64,000 nucleotides of DNA from Bugula neritina. Its lineage: Eukaryota; Animalia; Bryozoa. Positions 41,549 through 54,934 of the stretch are shown one piece after another (the stretch's first letter is position 1; each line of letters opens with the position of its first letter). Location: contig OZ037767.1 of assembly GCA_964035545.1 (NCBI GenBank), positions 28,598,628 to 28,662,627 on the forward strand, given 5' to 3'. Both the position numbers and the translations under genes were made by a program. The notes under the pieces are model-generated. The model made no database searches and was not told the origin of the DNA. It was given only the letters and a program-made list of their open reading frames with translations.

Positions 41549-43726
41549 TATTATTCTACCTGGAATTGAGAAAAAATTCAGAAAAAGAACAGCAAAAGAA
41601 AATAGCAAAAAATAATACCACAATTATGACAATTTGAATTTTTTTCAACCTTGTTTTTACCATAAATAAAAATTTACAGGTTTTCAAACAATTAAATGAT
41701 AATACTTATAGTTATACGGTATACAGGCTTACATTAGACACGAAGACAGTTGACTCAAGTACTAGCTTAAGCAAGTCTTTGAAACTTTGGTGAGTAACAG
41801 CCTAAATACTAATAGCAAATTTAAACTTAGATTTATACTTCGTTTTTCAATTACAGTCGTACTTAAAGTTAAACAGAATAGTGAAACTGAATAGTTTTGA
41901 TTTGAATTTTGCTTAATTTCCTAGATAGAAATTTTTTAATTTCCTTCACTCAACTTTACTAAATTAGGTTTAAACCAGTTTCAGTGCAGTAAGTTTTAGT
42001 TTGAGTAAATAACTAAATTAAAATATGAATATTTAATATTAACTGCGTAGCCATAATCATATTCATAATGATAAGTGAAAAATATAAACTAAAAGTAAAA
42101 CTTAGAGTTAGAACATTGCAAATCATTGCTTTTAAAATACGTATGCATATTTCTATTTATCAATTTATAGTTATTATATTTATTCATCTAATACAGGTTG
42201 AAGCTATTTTTTCAATTACAATAATAATCGATGATCTTGAGGCAAATTTTTGAAATGTTTGCAAGCCAAAGTGAAAGTACTAATACCACAGGGTTAATAA
42301 AATAAATCACTTCGACTAAAATTTAGAATTACAAACAGCTTGGCTGGCTACAAAAGGTCAATGTCGAACTCTCGTCGTAAGAAAACAACTCCTTGTCTTG
42401 CTTTTCATTACATAACTTCATTTTCCTCACTCACTTGGGAAAATTGTTGATTAACTTTAAACAAGCATTATTAACTTAAACTCGGTACTTTTTTCAGCAG
42501 AGGTATAAATGCAACTTGAAAGTTAGAGCTACAAGCAATTGAGTTGAAAAAATTTTTAAAGTCTATTTTCTTTTTTGAATGAAAGATCACATTTTAAAAC
42601 ATAAATTATATTAAGAAATTTACAATAGACATTGGTTTCCATTCAGACATATTTTATGGCATCAATTATATGAACTAAACTAAGACTTAACTGCAGTAAA
42701 ATATTTATATTTTTTTCTCAGCTTTAAATCCTTTCCTGTGGATGTATATCTTTGCTTCATTATCAACAAAACCATTACCATATTGCCTTTCCTTATAATT
42801 GCATGGTACTGTAACCCGTCAGCTATCATTTTCATCTTTAGATGTGTGTACAATCTTTGTATTCAACCCAAAGCTGAATAATAGCTTAGCTTTCTAATAT
42901 AGAGAAAGAAATAAAATGCAATTTTACATGCAGGTATACTTGCATGTCAAGGTTGAAATAATTTTAAATTCTGCAGCTACATTTATTACAATTGACTTGC
43001 ATAAAATATTAGAGTTGTTCAAAAATATTAAAAAGCCTGACCAGTCATAAGAAAAACTAGAAAATCATGATAAAAAATAAATTCCCATGTCACTTATGCC
43101 TCAAAAAAGCTCCATTGGTAATAAGCCTGAATGAAGAGACTGAACTTTAAAAAGTCGAAGCACTTAGAAAATTTTAAAAGAGATTTTAGTTTTCTACCCT
43201 TTAAAAAATTCAACTTCTACAATAGGCAATGAATTATGAGCTAAAATATTAAAGTTGCATAACAGGGATTAAATAATACATTTCAATACAGTCTAAAATA
43301 ACAGCACCTGGCAAAATGATACAGAAAGACTCCACCACTACAAGCAATACTAAATCAGTTATATATAAATTTCTCTGATAATGCAATGAAATCTTTTGTA
43401 AATACTATTTAGATTGTTTCATATATATATACTCATAGGTGTGGCCAAAACATGTAAATTTATAAAAGTGTTTCAAGATTTGCTTTAATTGTTGAAAATG
43501 CATGTATATTTCAAAAACTTCAAGAAATTGTCTGCTGGTATGGTCAAGGTAAGGAAGATAACTCTTAATAGCTTAAAGGCCAATAGTTTCAGTTTAAATA
43601 ATTATTTGAATAAAAATATTTAAAAGTAATATATGGGATATTATTCTGACAGAACATAACTCCTAGTCTCTGTATTACTGCAGCCTCTAAAAATGCATTG
43701 CAGGATTGGCTGTGAAAGGATAACTC

Positions 43727-44061
43727 TTAATCTTCTGGCAAATACTTGTAAGGATTAAGTATTCCTTTAGGATCGAATGTTGTCTTTAGTATTTTCATGA
43801 AATGCACCATTTCCCTTGACTTGCTGTGATAGATATATTGTCTTTTCTTAAAACCTGTTCCAAATAGAGCACGAGTAAATAAACTATTATACAATCAGAC
43901 GGCCGGAGTTTATAATAAACATATGTTAGTCACGTATACAATGCGACTTGAACAGAAAAAGCAATTCCGGATGGTATATATAAACCTATAGTAAAATACA
44001 CACTTACAAACTGCACTGGACACCGATGCTTTATGCTATGCTATACATAACTATCTTGACC

Positions 44062-44119
<58 letters not shown>

Positions 44120-47100
44120 CACTAAAGATCCTACAAAGGTACTTTGCTATTGAATGAAAGGCAAAGCTCAACTTATTGAAGAAAAGACTCAAGATATTGA
44201 AACCTTCCATGAAACTAACCAAGTCCATGCTCGGCACTGATGCTGCCGTCCCGACAGCGTGTCCAGTCATACACATACGGCTCAATCATATCCATGACTT
44301 CCTGACTATATTCTTTACACGTGATGTTAAGGTGAAGGTTACCTAATAAAATGTAACGGCTTTACATAGGTGTATATGTTAGATAGTAGTGCTATAATGT
44401 GCACAGGATACATTGTATATGTTAAATAGTAGTGCTATAATGTGCAGAGTGTACAATGTATATGTTAGATAGTAGTGCTATAATGTGCACAGTATACAAT
44501 GTATATGCCACATTGAATTACCAATACGAATGTTTAATGGGCCGTACACACAAATGTACTTGGGAAAATATAGGAGCAGTCTGAATATACGGTCATATAA
44601 ACAATGTAATACAGACCATCACCAAGATGGCCATATCCCACAACACGTCGCATCGCCGTGTCTTTCAGCCTCTCTCTCAAATCCTCTACCAGATCGTACC
44701 AATGAGCAAGTGGCAAAGATAAGTCATATTTAAAACAATATCCGTCTAGCAGTAAACCCTCTGCCATTCGCTCTCTTAGGTTCCACATGTACTGTAAATA
44801 ACAGTGAGACTATATAGTATACTGTATATAACAGTGAGACTATATAGTATGCTGTGTAGTGTGTATACTGTGTAGTGTGTATACTGTGTAGTGTGTGTAC
44901 TGTGTAGTGTGTGTACTGTGTAGTGTGTGTACTGTGTAAACTTTACAGTGTGTACCAGTGCTATCAGTAAGATGTACGTACAGTTACTACGAGAAAGATG
45001 TACATACAATCGCTAAGAGAAAGACATACGTACAGTTACTACGAGAAAGATGTACGTACAGTTAGTACGAGAAAGACATACGTACAGTTAGTATGAGAAT
45101 AACGTACGTAGAGTTAGTACGAGAAAGATGTACATACAGTTACTACAAGAAAGATGTACGTACAGCATACTGCGTGTGATCTTGAGCTACTGTCCCATCT
45201 GTTATCAGCTCATTGTCCATTAAATACTGCAGCAGAGTGTCTAACTTAGATTTATCATGTTCTTCATTAGAACCTGAGCAGTAATACATATCATAATAAT
45301 ATCACATAATATAATATAGGCTACACATAATATAGAATATAACAATACACATATATAACAATACACACATAATATAGAATATAACAATACACATATATAA
45401 TAATACACACATAATATAGAATATAACAATACACATATATAATAATACACACATAATATAGAATATAACAATACACATATATAATAATACACACATAATA
45501 TAGAATATAACAATACACATATATAATAATACACACATAATATAGAATATAACAATACACATATATAATAATATACACATAACATAGAATATAACAATAC
45601 ACACATATAATAATATACACATAATATAGAATATAACAATACACATATATAATAATATACACATAATATAGAGTATAACAATACACATAATGTATATAAT
45701 AATATACATACAATATAGTTATATATAACAGACGTTACCTGAAGTCTCAATCAGCAAGTAAAATGGAGACTCTGCTATGGGATACGGCAGCTCCAGGTTC
45801 TCCAGCATCAGATGACGCGACGCCAAGTCGAGAAACTCAAAGGCTGACAGAATTTCTCCAACATGTTTCTTAGTGAGTGATAATATCTTGAGACAGTCGG
45901 CAAAGGTTTCAACAGCTGGTTGAGATGAAAGCATCATTTCAGCAAGTGTACATAATAAGACAACTCTAACAAGTGTACATGGTAAGGTGTAAAGAAATTA
46001 AATATAAATAACAGGCGAATTATATAGTTTGCAAAATATAGAAGGGAACACAGCACTCTTATTAAAGGTCAAGACAATATTAGGTCAATTGAATATTACA
46101 AGAGAAGACAACCCCATACAATATACAAGTGAACAATTACGGCAGTCATTAGAAAACAACTACGTACATATTATTTGGACGCACACATAATACAACTGTG
46201 GTGGAAATTTTTAAAATACAAAAAGAAAAATTATTATTTAGGCATCTTCACTAACCAATCAGAGCACTGTTTACAGAATTGGGTTTAGTAGGACACTTGA
46301 TAGTGGCTGCAGTAATAAACCCCAGTGTACCCTCAGCACCAATAAACAGCTGCTTCAAATCATAACCAGTATTGTCCTTAATTAGAGGATTCATGTTGTT
46401 AACCACGTCTCCATTTGCTAAAACCTGAAACCCAAAGTTATGTGAAGGGAAATCTACCAGCCAACAGTTTCGACATCAGCCTATACTAACCACTAAACAA
46501 ACGCTGCCTACAATACAACAATATAAATATGACACGATATATCTTGCATTTTATTCTATATACTCATTTTATTATAAATTATTAAAACAATGCACATATT
46601 ATTCAGCTGACAAGGCACAGCTCAATTTATACAACCAACTGGTAAGATCCATGACTACTTATACCTGTTTAACACTCACAAATATTAATAAAATTATTAT
46701 TGCTTAAAAAAGTAACATTTCTTTGCTGCATAAGCGACGGTATATATGATGAATGTTGACCTAAAAGTGGCAACCAGATAAAGACATTACGTGAAAATGG
46801 TGAATATACAAGGTGGGACTAGAGTGGCAGCCATAAAGTCACATGACACGGCATGACTGCCTGGTATAACAAGAATTCACTGATTGAGAAAATTATACAA
46901 ACTCTAAAGCTGATGCATAAATAGGAAATAAAGAAGCTTTTTCATGAGTTTATGGCCTCTTACCACTTCTAAGCCAAGGACGCTCCCGTGGAGAGAGCCA
47001 TATCTGATCAGCCTTATTCCACCAGCATTTGTGGAAAGGTTACCTCCAATATGGCAGCTGCCTTTGGCGCCTAAATCTAGGGGCATCATGAGATCGTGTT

Positions 47101-49045
47101 GAGACAGTGCCTTGTCAACATTTTCCAGTATGCAGCCAGCTTGACACATGAGAACACCTGCGGGTAGTGTCACACGCTGGTACATGCATCACCATAGACA
47201 AAGCAGAATGCAACTCTTTGCAAGCGTGATGACAGCATGAACATGTGTAGGTCTAAAAATAGGCATAGCCTGAGGCGTACCTAAGGTCAAAATATAGTGT
47301 ATTGGTTTTGTGATTGTAACTTATCATCTCCGTGAATCTTTTGGATAAAAGGATAATTAAACCGCCTTTGAACAGAGTCTTAGTTCATATTTCATCATAT
47401 TTCTATTTCCGAACCATTTAATTTCAATTTTCATTCTACAATGCAGTTTCAACAAGAAATAGATGCAAGCAACCACAGGAAACTGAATAGGTGTCATCTA
47501 TAATATCGGAACATGCATGCAGCTATATGCACAAATCCAAACTACAGAAGTGTAAGACCACAGTCTACCTGCAGTAGGGTCAATGTTTATCACTTTATTC
47601 ATCCTGGCAGTGGAGATAACAACTTCATCAAACACTGGCACACTGCCCCCTACCAAACCTACAATGACAAAATCGTTGTGAACAAGAATACAATATAACG
47701 ATCGATATACAGTATAAATATAAAGTAATTTTGAGAATCAATCTCAAACTATTAAACTTAAGAATGATCAGTTGAGATAACAAATAGACTTCCTATGCAT
47801 CAAGAAAATTATTTCATCGATGTATTTAATAACAGCAAAATATAATTTAAAGTAAGAACTTTACCAGTGTTTCCTCCTTGTGGGCATACAGCTAACGTCC
47901 TTTCATTACAGTATTTGAGAATAGCTGAGACTTCCTCAGTGCTTTCCGGTCTCAAGACAACCTCACTTTGACCTTCAAAATGTATGGATACAACGAATTG
48001 GATACACAATTTGGCTTATACAGAAAACTTTGAAACACTCAAAATTATTAAAAGTTATCTCCCCGTTCCGAGATGTGTAACTGATGCAAAAGTACGGTTT
48101 AAAATTGCAAAAATAATAATACTTATTCAAGTAACTACTACTTGTAACATGCACAACTTTTATTAAAATAACTTTTAAAACAATTTATGCAATCCATATT
48201 AATACAACTATAATTTCTTAGGTAACATAGTTGTGACCTGGCATTAAAATATAGCTCTTTGCAACTGCACCTTTACTTGAACTATAGAAAACAAGATTGA
48301 ATAAAATGAGTCTATTGAACTAAATTCTATCATTGATAAAAGTTATTTAGAATAAAAAATGAACTTCAAAAAAGATGACAATGTAGATATATTGACCAAG
48401 AAAAGATATTCTAGTAAATATAATTACCAGTATTATAAAACTTTGTTCTATGATAAGTTAGAAACAAAGCAGTTAGCCAATTGGTATTGCCTATAACTTT
48501 ACTGCAGCATATTTTAAATTATTTCATTTCAAAATCTCATTCTCAATAACGTGCAATTAACAAAAATAAAATTGAAAAATTAAAACACAAAAGTGTACTC
48601 ACTAACTAATACTCGGCCAATTATATTATTGCTGTAGAAACTTGTCGTAGTTCCTTATGAAATCCACACAAAACAGCCCTAATTTGCATCCAGTGCAAAG
48701 TTTCACCAGTGCAGAAACCAGCTGTTCACTAGAATAACTAACTAAATTAATTCCTATAACGATAATCACATTTGATGTTTATTGATTTCTCAAATTCCAC
48801 TAACCTCTAACTGTTTTCAGCCAATCAGTATTATAAAACTCTAAATCACTTTGTAAAACATTTCCTTTTCCCACTATGCTTTCAAACGTGTTTACATCTC
48901 TTTCTGTGAGAGGAGAAAATGCTTTCCTGCTTAAATTGGGATATCTATCCTTTGTAAGAGCCACATCACTGGACAAGAGCCTTGCGGAAAGCAAAGGACC
49001 AAACCTTGTGTTGCAAGCAATCAGCTGCCTAACCACACTATGCAT
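43727..49045 (-). CDS. D2HGDH: D-2-hydroxyglutarate dehydrogenase, mitochondrial FAD-linked oxidase, ~504 aa
   Basis: Exons 48805-49045, 47865-47972, 47569-47658, 46964-47157, 46256-46424, 45739-45915, 45164-45273, 44617-44791, 44220-44342 and 43727-43854 (1515 nt). Motifs [75 protein letters not shown] and [11 protein letters not shown]. The Arg-rich N-terminus looks like a presequence. Confidence 0.95.
44370..45710. repeat. Cluster of intronic tandem repeats in D2HGDH
   Basis: ~43-bp unit at 44370-44505; 30-bp duplication at 44792-44850; 16-bp unit at ~44852-44937; 26-bp unit at ~44972-45163; 42-bp unit at 45305-45710. The span also includes two D2HGDH exons. These repeats account for the Tyr/Cys/Ile-rich ORFs in the track. 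Confidence 0.85.
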
Positions 49046-49729
49046 GACGCATTTAATATTTTGATTGAAAGTGGCTACAAGTAAAAGTCAAAATATGAAA
49101 GTTAAAAAATTTATGTAAGTAAACTTTGTTGAAAAATATATTTCTACCACATTCAGAGTGGTAGTCTGGCAGTTTCACTATCAGTTTAAATAAAAGTTCA
49201 AGCTTAACCTAATCAGTTAATGCAAGTGTCTATCACAATATTTATTAATCAGACATAAGAAATTAAATTTAAAAACAGTTTAAATTTAAATAAAAATATC
49301 ATAAATTAAATATAAGTAAAACAGTTAATGATATCATAAATCAGTAAAACTAAATGACTTTATTATTATGACTACTATAAGTATAAGTATGATTATCAGT
49401 ATGACTTTGAGTATGAACATTACTATGACTCTAGTCTATAAAATTGACTTATTTATTAAATATCTCCATGACTATTAGACTCACTTAAACTTGGTTGGTT
49501 AAACTTAATAAATAACTTTAACGTTTGACAATCACAATGACATTCACATTGACTATGAGTACGAATATGATTAAGTTTCAAATTTAAGGTTAAACTTTAA
49601 ATTTAAAGTATTAGTAACTGTAATACTAAGTATCAATATTATTAATATCCGTATTATTATAACTCAATTTATGACAATCAGTTATTTAGTACGAGCATGG
49701 CTATGAGATTAACTTTAAGTTTAAGCACC

Positions 49730-50160
49730 AAAATGGCATCGGCTAGTCAACTGTTAATGTTATGGGATGGTGGCACAAACATATAAATCGTTGAGCTGTG
49801 ATCATTGTGTGCAAAGTTGTTATTTTAATTTCAAAACATAGTGAGTAAGCATTAATAAAATTAAAACGATTATTTAATATTTCTTTTTCAATCAATTTGA
49901 GCGTGCAGTTTGAGTTTGCAGGCGCTGCATCAGTAATTTAACCTGTGGGGTATAGCGTTTTTTCCTTCGGTGAAACTAAATAGCTCAAGGGCGTAATATA
50001 GAATAAATCACCTCGCACGCCCCATCATCTAATTTATAAGGAGTTGGCTAAAGAAAAAGAAATTGCATTTGACTCGTTATATATCAGCATGATAAAAATA
50101 ATATTATGTTGGTGTGGGAAACTGTAAATTTCATCACCATCACAATGTACGTAGGTACAT
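49730..50160. promoter_or_regulatory. Probable bidirectional promoter core for D2HGDH (-) and NPRL2 (+)
   Basis: Divergent genes, each with a splice acceptor just upstream of its ATG. This GC/CpG-richer island contains CACGCCCC (~50016) and is flanked on both sides by periodic AT-rich tracts. Confidence 0.45.
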
Positions 50161-51942
50161 TATCTGTAAAATTTTACTATAACCAAATTCTGTAACTTTA
50201 ACTGTAAGTATTAGTATAGGCTATAGCTGTGTAACGCTTTTTTCACACTAATTACTAATGGCTAATGCATTCTTCATAAGTTCATTACTCATAACAAATT
50301 TAATTTACATTTAGTTTTACTTTTAGTTTTAGTTTTACTCATTGACATTAGTCATTACTCACATTAGACTTAGTCATTAGACTTAGTCATTACATTTTCA
50401 TTTTGATTTAGTATTTACTCATAGTCATTAGCCTTAGGCTTAAGCGTTAGCCTTAGGTGTCATGATTATATTTGTTATTTATTATCATTATGATATATTC
50501 ATATTGATAATAAATATAATGATTAAGTCTTGAGTTCACAATCACAATGACTATCAACTATCAAGTAATACTAATATTAAATATATCAATACCCAATCCC
50601 GATGGGCAATGATTCAATCAGTATAGGTATCAGTATGAGTATGAGTATGACTATGAGTATCATACTGATAATACTGATATACATAATATTAATAATATCA
50701 ATGAGTATAGATTACAAGTAATAGCACAACGACAATTACAATGTGAATAGGTATCGTAATGATAGTGATAATGATAATGATTATCATTATCATGAATATC
50801 ACAGCAATAATAAAATTAAAATAACATTTACATTGACATTGGGTTTAACTAAGCAGCTGCAGTTAACTAAAATGATTTCAAACAAGTTAACGGTTATTCA
50901 AGTCTAGTCATGGTTTAAATAAAAACCTTTCATTCCATTGTGATTGTCAAGTGTAACTGTTGCTAAGCCCTAATTTCAAATTTCTTCAGCATGAATTTGA
51001 AATATTAAGACTTTTGAAATTCCAGATATAGTTGAACATGATTACTGGAATTATCTTCACCGCACTCTTCGAATTTAGCTTTTAGTTTTTTAACTAAAAG
51101 CTATACTCATACAGTCATACTGCATAAGCACTAAGTCTAAAGTCTATAGGGGGCAATTTTAATTTGGTACTTTAATTAGCAGAAGCTTGAAAAACTTAAA
51201 GTTATTAAATTAAATCTTATAATCTTATAAATTGGGTCTAGTCAATAATTTGAGCAAAACCACTAGAGTTGAAAAATTACAAGTAATAAGTTGAGTATGG
51301 CAATATCTGAATGAAACGAATTTTAGCAATAAACATGACTTTGCCTCTAGTTGTGTAGTTTGGACTGGTCTTTAAATTATATTCAAAGACTGTGAGTTAT
51401 TAAATAAATATATAAACTTATTTGTATTTGAATTAAACATAAACCAGGGTACAACTTACAAATTTCAGATTTGATCTAAATCAACAGTGGAAGTCCAGCA
51501 TAAAATCTACTAGTATGGGAGTTGTATGTATAAATATGTGTCACCTAAGTTATTAGTCACTAATTATAACAGTAATTGCATTTAATTTAGTTACTTTAGT
51601 TACTTTAATTTAAAGTTTAAATACTTAAACTTTTTTTATAGTCTAGAACCGCACATATACATTATATGCTAGTGAATAAACTTTGTTAGTATCTTAAAAT
51701 TTACCTTGCCTCTGATATTTCAAGTTAACCATTATCAGTAAATTGTTCTTAGCATATACTTCTGTTGCCAATTATTGAACTAGCAATCGATTAATTTCTG
51801 TCTACATATTTAAATATAAATTGTCACACTCAAAAGATACTTCCTTGCAACTGTGTAAAAATAGTGTAACACAAATAAAATATTCACTTTGCTATTACAT
51901 TGTTAATGTGTCTTTGATTTTATTTGCTAATTATTAGGGATT

Positions 51943-53193
51943 ATGTTGGTGCTTGTAGAGAAAAAAGAATATATGATGGCTTCTGAAGTTAAAATTGAGA
52001 GTATATTTTTTTGCCAGTTTGACCCCAAAGAAGGGCCACAGATTACAGATCAAGTTCCTGAAAATAAATATACAGTTATTTCAGATAGTTTCCATTTTAT
52101 TCAAAACTATTTGATCCCTAGAGAAGAACTTCAACAAAAGCTTATTACTGTCAAAGCGTTTGGATTCAAAATTCTTGGCTGTCCAGTCCATGTGAAAAGC
52201 CCTATCTACTCACGAAATGCCTTCATCTTCAATGTTTGCTTTGTTTTTAAACCAAATGCCAACACCTCATGTTATGAATGGGTTCTAAAAAAACTTGTTC
52301 AGTACTTCACTGTTCTTGAAATAGAATCAAACTATCTCAGTGCCATTTCAGATGGAGTCTTGAAAGAAAAAACGCCAACAAAAAAATATTATACTTCTCT
52401 TAAAGATGTTTTGGAACAAGTTTTGCATAAGTTAAATACATTGGGTTGCTGTGCCATTCCTATTGATGAGGCAAACACTATACACCTAAAGTTAATGCCC
52501 AGTTACGATGTGCCTCCAACTGTACGTGATCACGATGTGCCTCTGTTGACCTTTAAACTCGAAGAGTACCATTTCCAGCAATGGGATTTGGCCACCCAAC
52601 AAATTTTACCTCTTATAGACGGTTTCAAACATGTATCATTGATTGCTGCTGAAGCGGGAAAGGATGTGCAATTAATTAAAGCGTTGATAGAAAACCTGCT
52701 TTACTTCAAGCTAGTTAAAATAATACCGATTTTCCAATATTCTAATGTATACATGGTTACTTCAGATATAGATAAACTCTACAGATGCAAAGAATTGCAA
52801 CAGCAATTTTTGAGAGACGTGCAAATGTGTAGCAAAGACTTACCCAACTTTGATAGTGTTATAAAAGTGTTTTCCTGCTTTAATCATGGTACTATGGCAA
52901 CAGTGAAACAGGTAGCTATGCGCCTTCAACCGCACAAGCATCTGAATATTGACATTAGGAAGTTGATTCAGTTTGGTGTGGTGCACAATTTTATGCGCCG
53001 TATTCATAAATACCCAATACGCATGGCTGGGTCAGCGGATGTCCCTCCACTTGATGCTGTAGGAAGCCAAATCATGAAATACTCTGATGGAAAGCACTCG
53101 TATGATGAAATTTGTTGTGCCCTGAGTATGAGCTATGAGGAACTAGAGGCCCGAATTGAAGAAAACCCAGCCATACTTCTGTGCTGGAAGTAA
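51943..53193 (+). CDS. NPRL2: GATOR1 complex subunit NPRL2, single coding exon, 416 aa (or slightly shorter from the downstream Met)
   Basis: Motifs IESIFFCQFDPKEGPQITDQVPE, YSRNAFIFNVCFV, WDLATQQILPLIDGFKHV, PIFQYSNVY, RKLIQFG...RRIHKYP and DGKHSYDEIC...CWK. Acceptor TTATTAG lies 5 nt before the ATG. Confidence 0.95.
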   Translation: MLVLVEKKEYMMASEVKIESIFFCQFDPKEGPQITDQVPENKYTVISDSFHFIQNYLIPREELQQKLITVKAFGFKILGCPVHVKSPIYSRNAFIFNVCFVFKPNANTSCYEWVLKKLVQYFTVLEIESNYLSAISDGVLKEKTPTKKYYTSLKDVLEQVLHKLNTLGCCAIPIDEANTIHLKLMPSYDVPPTVRDHDVPLLTFKLEEYHFQQWDLATQQILPLIDGFKHVSLIAAEAGKDVQLIKALIENLLYFKLVKIIPIFQYSNVYMVTSDIDKLYRCKELQQQFLRDVQMCSKDLPNFDSVIKVFSCFNHGTMATVKQVAMRLQPHKHLNIDIRKLIQFGVVHNFMRRIHKYPIRMAGSADVPPLDAVGSQIMKYSDGKHSYDEICCALSMSYEELEARIEENPAILLCWK

Positions 53194-53963
53194 TATAGAG
53201 CGTATAACCTGTGCTATGCAGAGTTTTATATACTGAGTTTTATTTTTTAAATATTTTTGTACTCTTTTATAGCATGTTTAATAACATACAACATGTATTA
53301 CATTTCTGTAATAATATATTTATTTAATACTATAATATATAATTGAAGTTGAACTAGTGATTTCTCAATATAAAAGTGAATGGTTCCGATGTATTTAACA
53401 CTTGCAGGAAAGTAACTGTAATTAGAAAATGATTATTTTATCAATTGGTATGCAATACTTAGTAGTTTAATAAAAGAGATTCCACTATCTCATTTGTAAC
53501 TGCACCTCTAACACGTATTGCATGCATAAGTGTGTTGTTTCGTTGTAGTATAGTTATGTAATTAAATGTTAGTGATACCATGTATGAGTACAGGGTATGC
53601 TTTGCAAGAAGCTGTGTTGAATTAAAGTGGTGTTAATTCAAAATTGTCTTCTCTCGAAACTAGTAAACCCTGGAAGTTTACAATTGCCACCATAGGTTTT
53701 GAATGCTCGTCATCTGTACAGATCAAAGACTTGTGCAGTTGATGTACATAGTTCATAGCAGCAATATCACGCACTTTATGACTGATCACAAGGCATGCTA
53801 TATGCTTACAGACTAAATAGTGCACACAAAAAGCCACCACCTTCTTACAGACATGCTGGTCGACCTTGCCATTAGGCTAGCATGCTGCGACTGCCTGATG
53901 CACCCTTTCTCAGACGGGAGTTTTTCTTGGAGGGCTTCCAAGCAATACCAAGTCTATTGCAAT

Positions 53964-54934
53964 AGACCATGTAAGATTGGTACATTTAGTACCTTGAACC
54001 AATTTTAGATACTCACCACTATAACTTATATAAACTTCTGCAAGTTCAAATGCAATATGCATACTTCTAGGAAATAGTTGTGCAAGCTTTATTACATGCA
54101 TTATTTTATTTCATATCTTAAATTTATGAATCATGAGTTCATTTTTCAAAATGTTTAAATTAAGTGCTTAAAAAATGCATTTAAAGAATGTATTCCTGAA
54201 AAATTACCCTGGAGCAGCTTGACCACAACCCCAGCTGTTCTGGCAAAACACATTTAATGACATTTTTATTGACATAGTGGTAAATGGGCTGGTTGTTTTT
54301 GGCAGTTGGGTATCCACACGCGGTTCTGCAATTTTACACAATTCTGATTGGCTGGACTCTACATGACCAGCTAATGATTGTATCTGATTGGCCTAATAAT
54401 GCATTTGCATTTGAAAATGTGGAGTTTTATATAAGTTATAGTGGTGATATTTTAGAGTTGGTACACGCCCCTTTTTGGTTAGGTTTTATAGTCTGATCAT
54501 GCTGTATTCATCTACAACACTTCAGTGTATGGGAAAATTATTAGTATTACGAAATCTGTTCTGACTTAGTTTGTAAGCAACTATGTATAGGCAGTTATAA
54601 CTTAGGGTGATTTCATCAAAAGGCCTTAGAATATCAAATCAACCAGTGCTGCTACTTGGTTGTATTGTAAAGCAGTAGTGAGAGCATAGCATACTAGCAC
54701 AGTCACTGAGCTGCAATGACAGTGGCTACACCAAACTTATCAGTTCCATTATAATATCTTATGTAAGGCATGTAAAAACACTAGGCTAGTCTCTGTTAGT
54801 ATGTAGAGCAGTAGCACAGTTACAGCAGTCACACCACTCTACCCTGTCTACCAAACGCAGAGGTAGCAATAATGATAATCATTTCATGATTTAGTTTTAA
54901 ATCAATGCATACTACTAAATACATTCTCATAGCC
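53964..54934 (+). repeat. Left terminal inverted repeat (971 bp)
   Basis: Reverse complement of 58923-59891. The identical 70-aa ORFs 54284-54496(+) and 59359-59571(-) confirm the mirror symmetry. Confidence 0.93.

Noticed and set aside
54284-54496. Identical 70-aa ORFs at 54284-54496(+) and 59359-59571(-)
   Set aside because: A by-product of the TIR duplication; no protein features.
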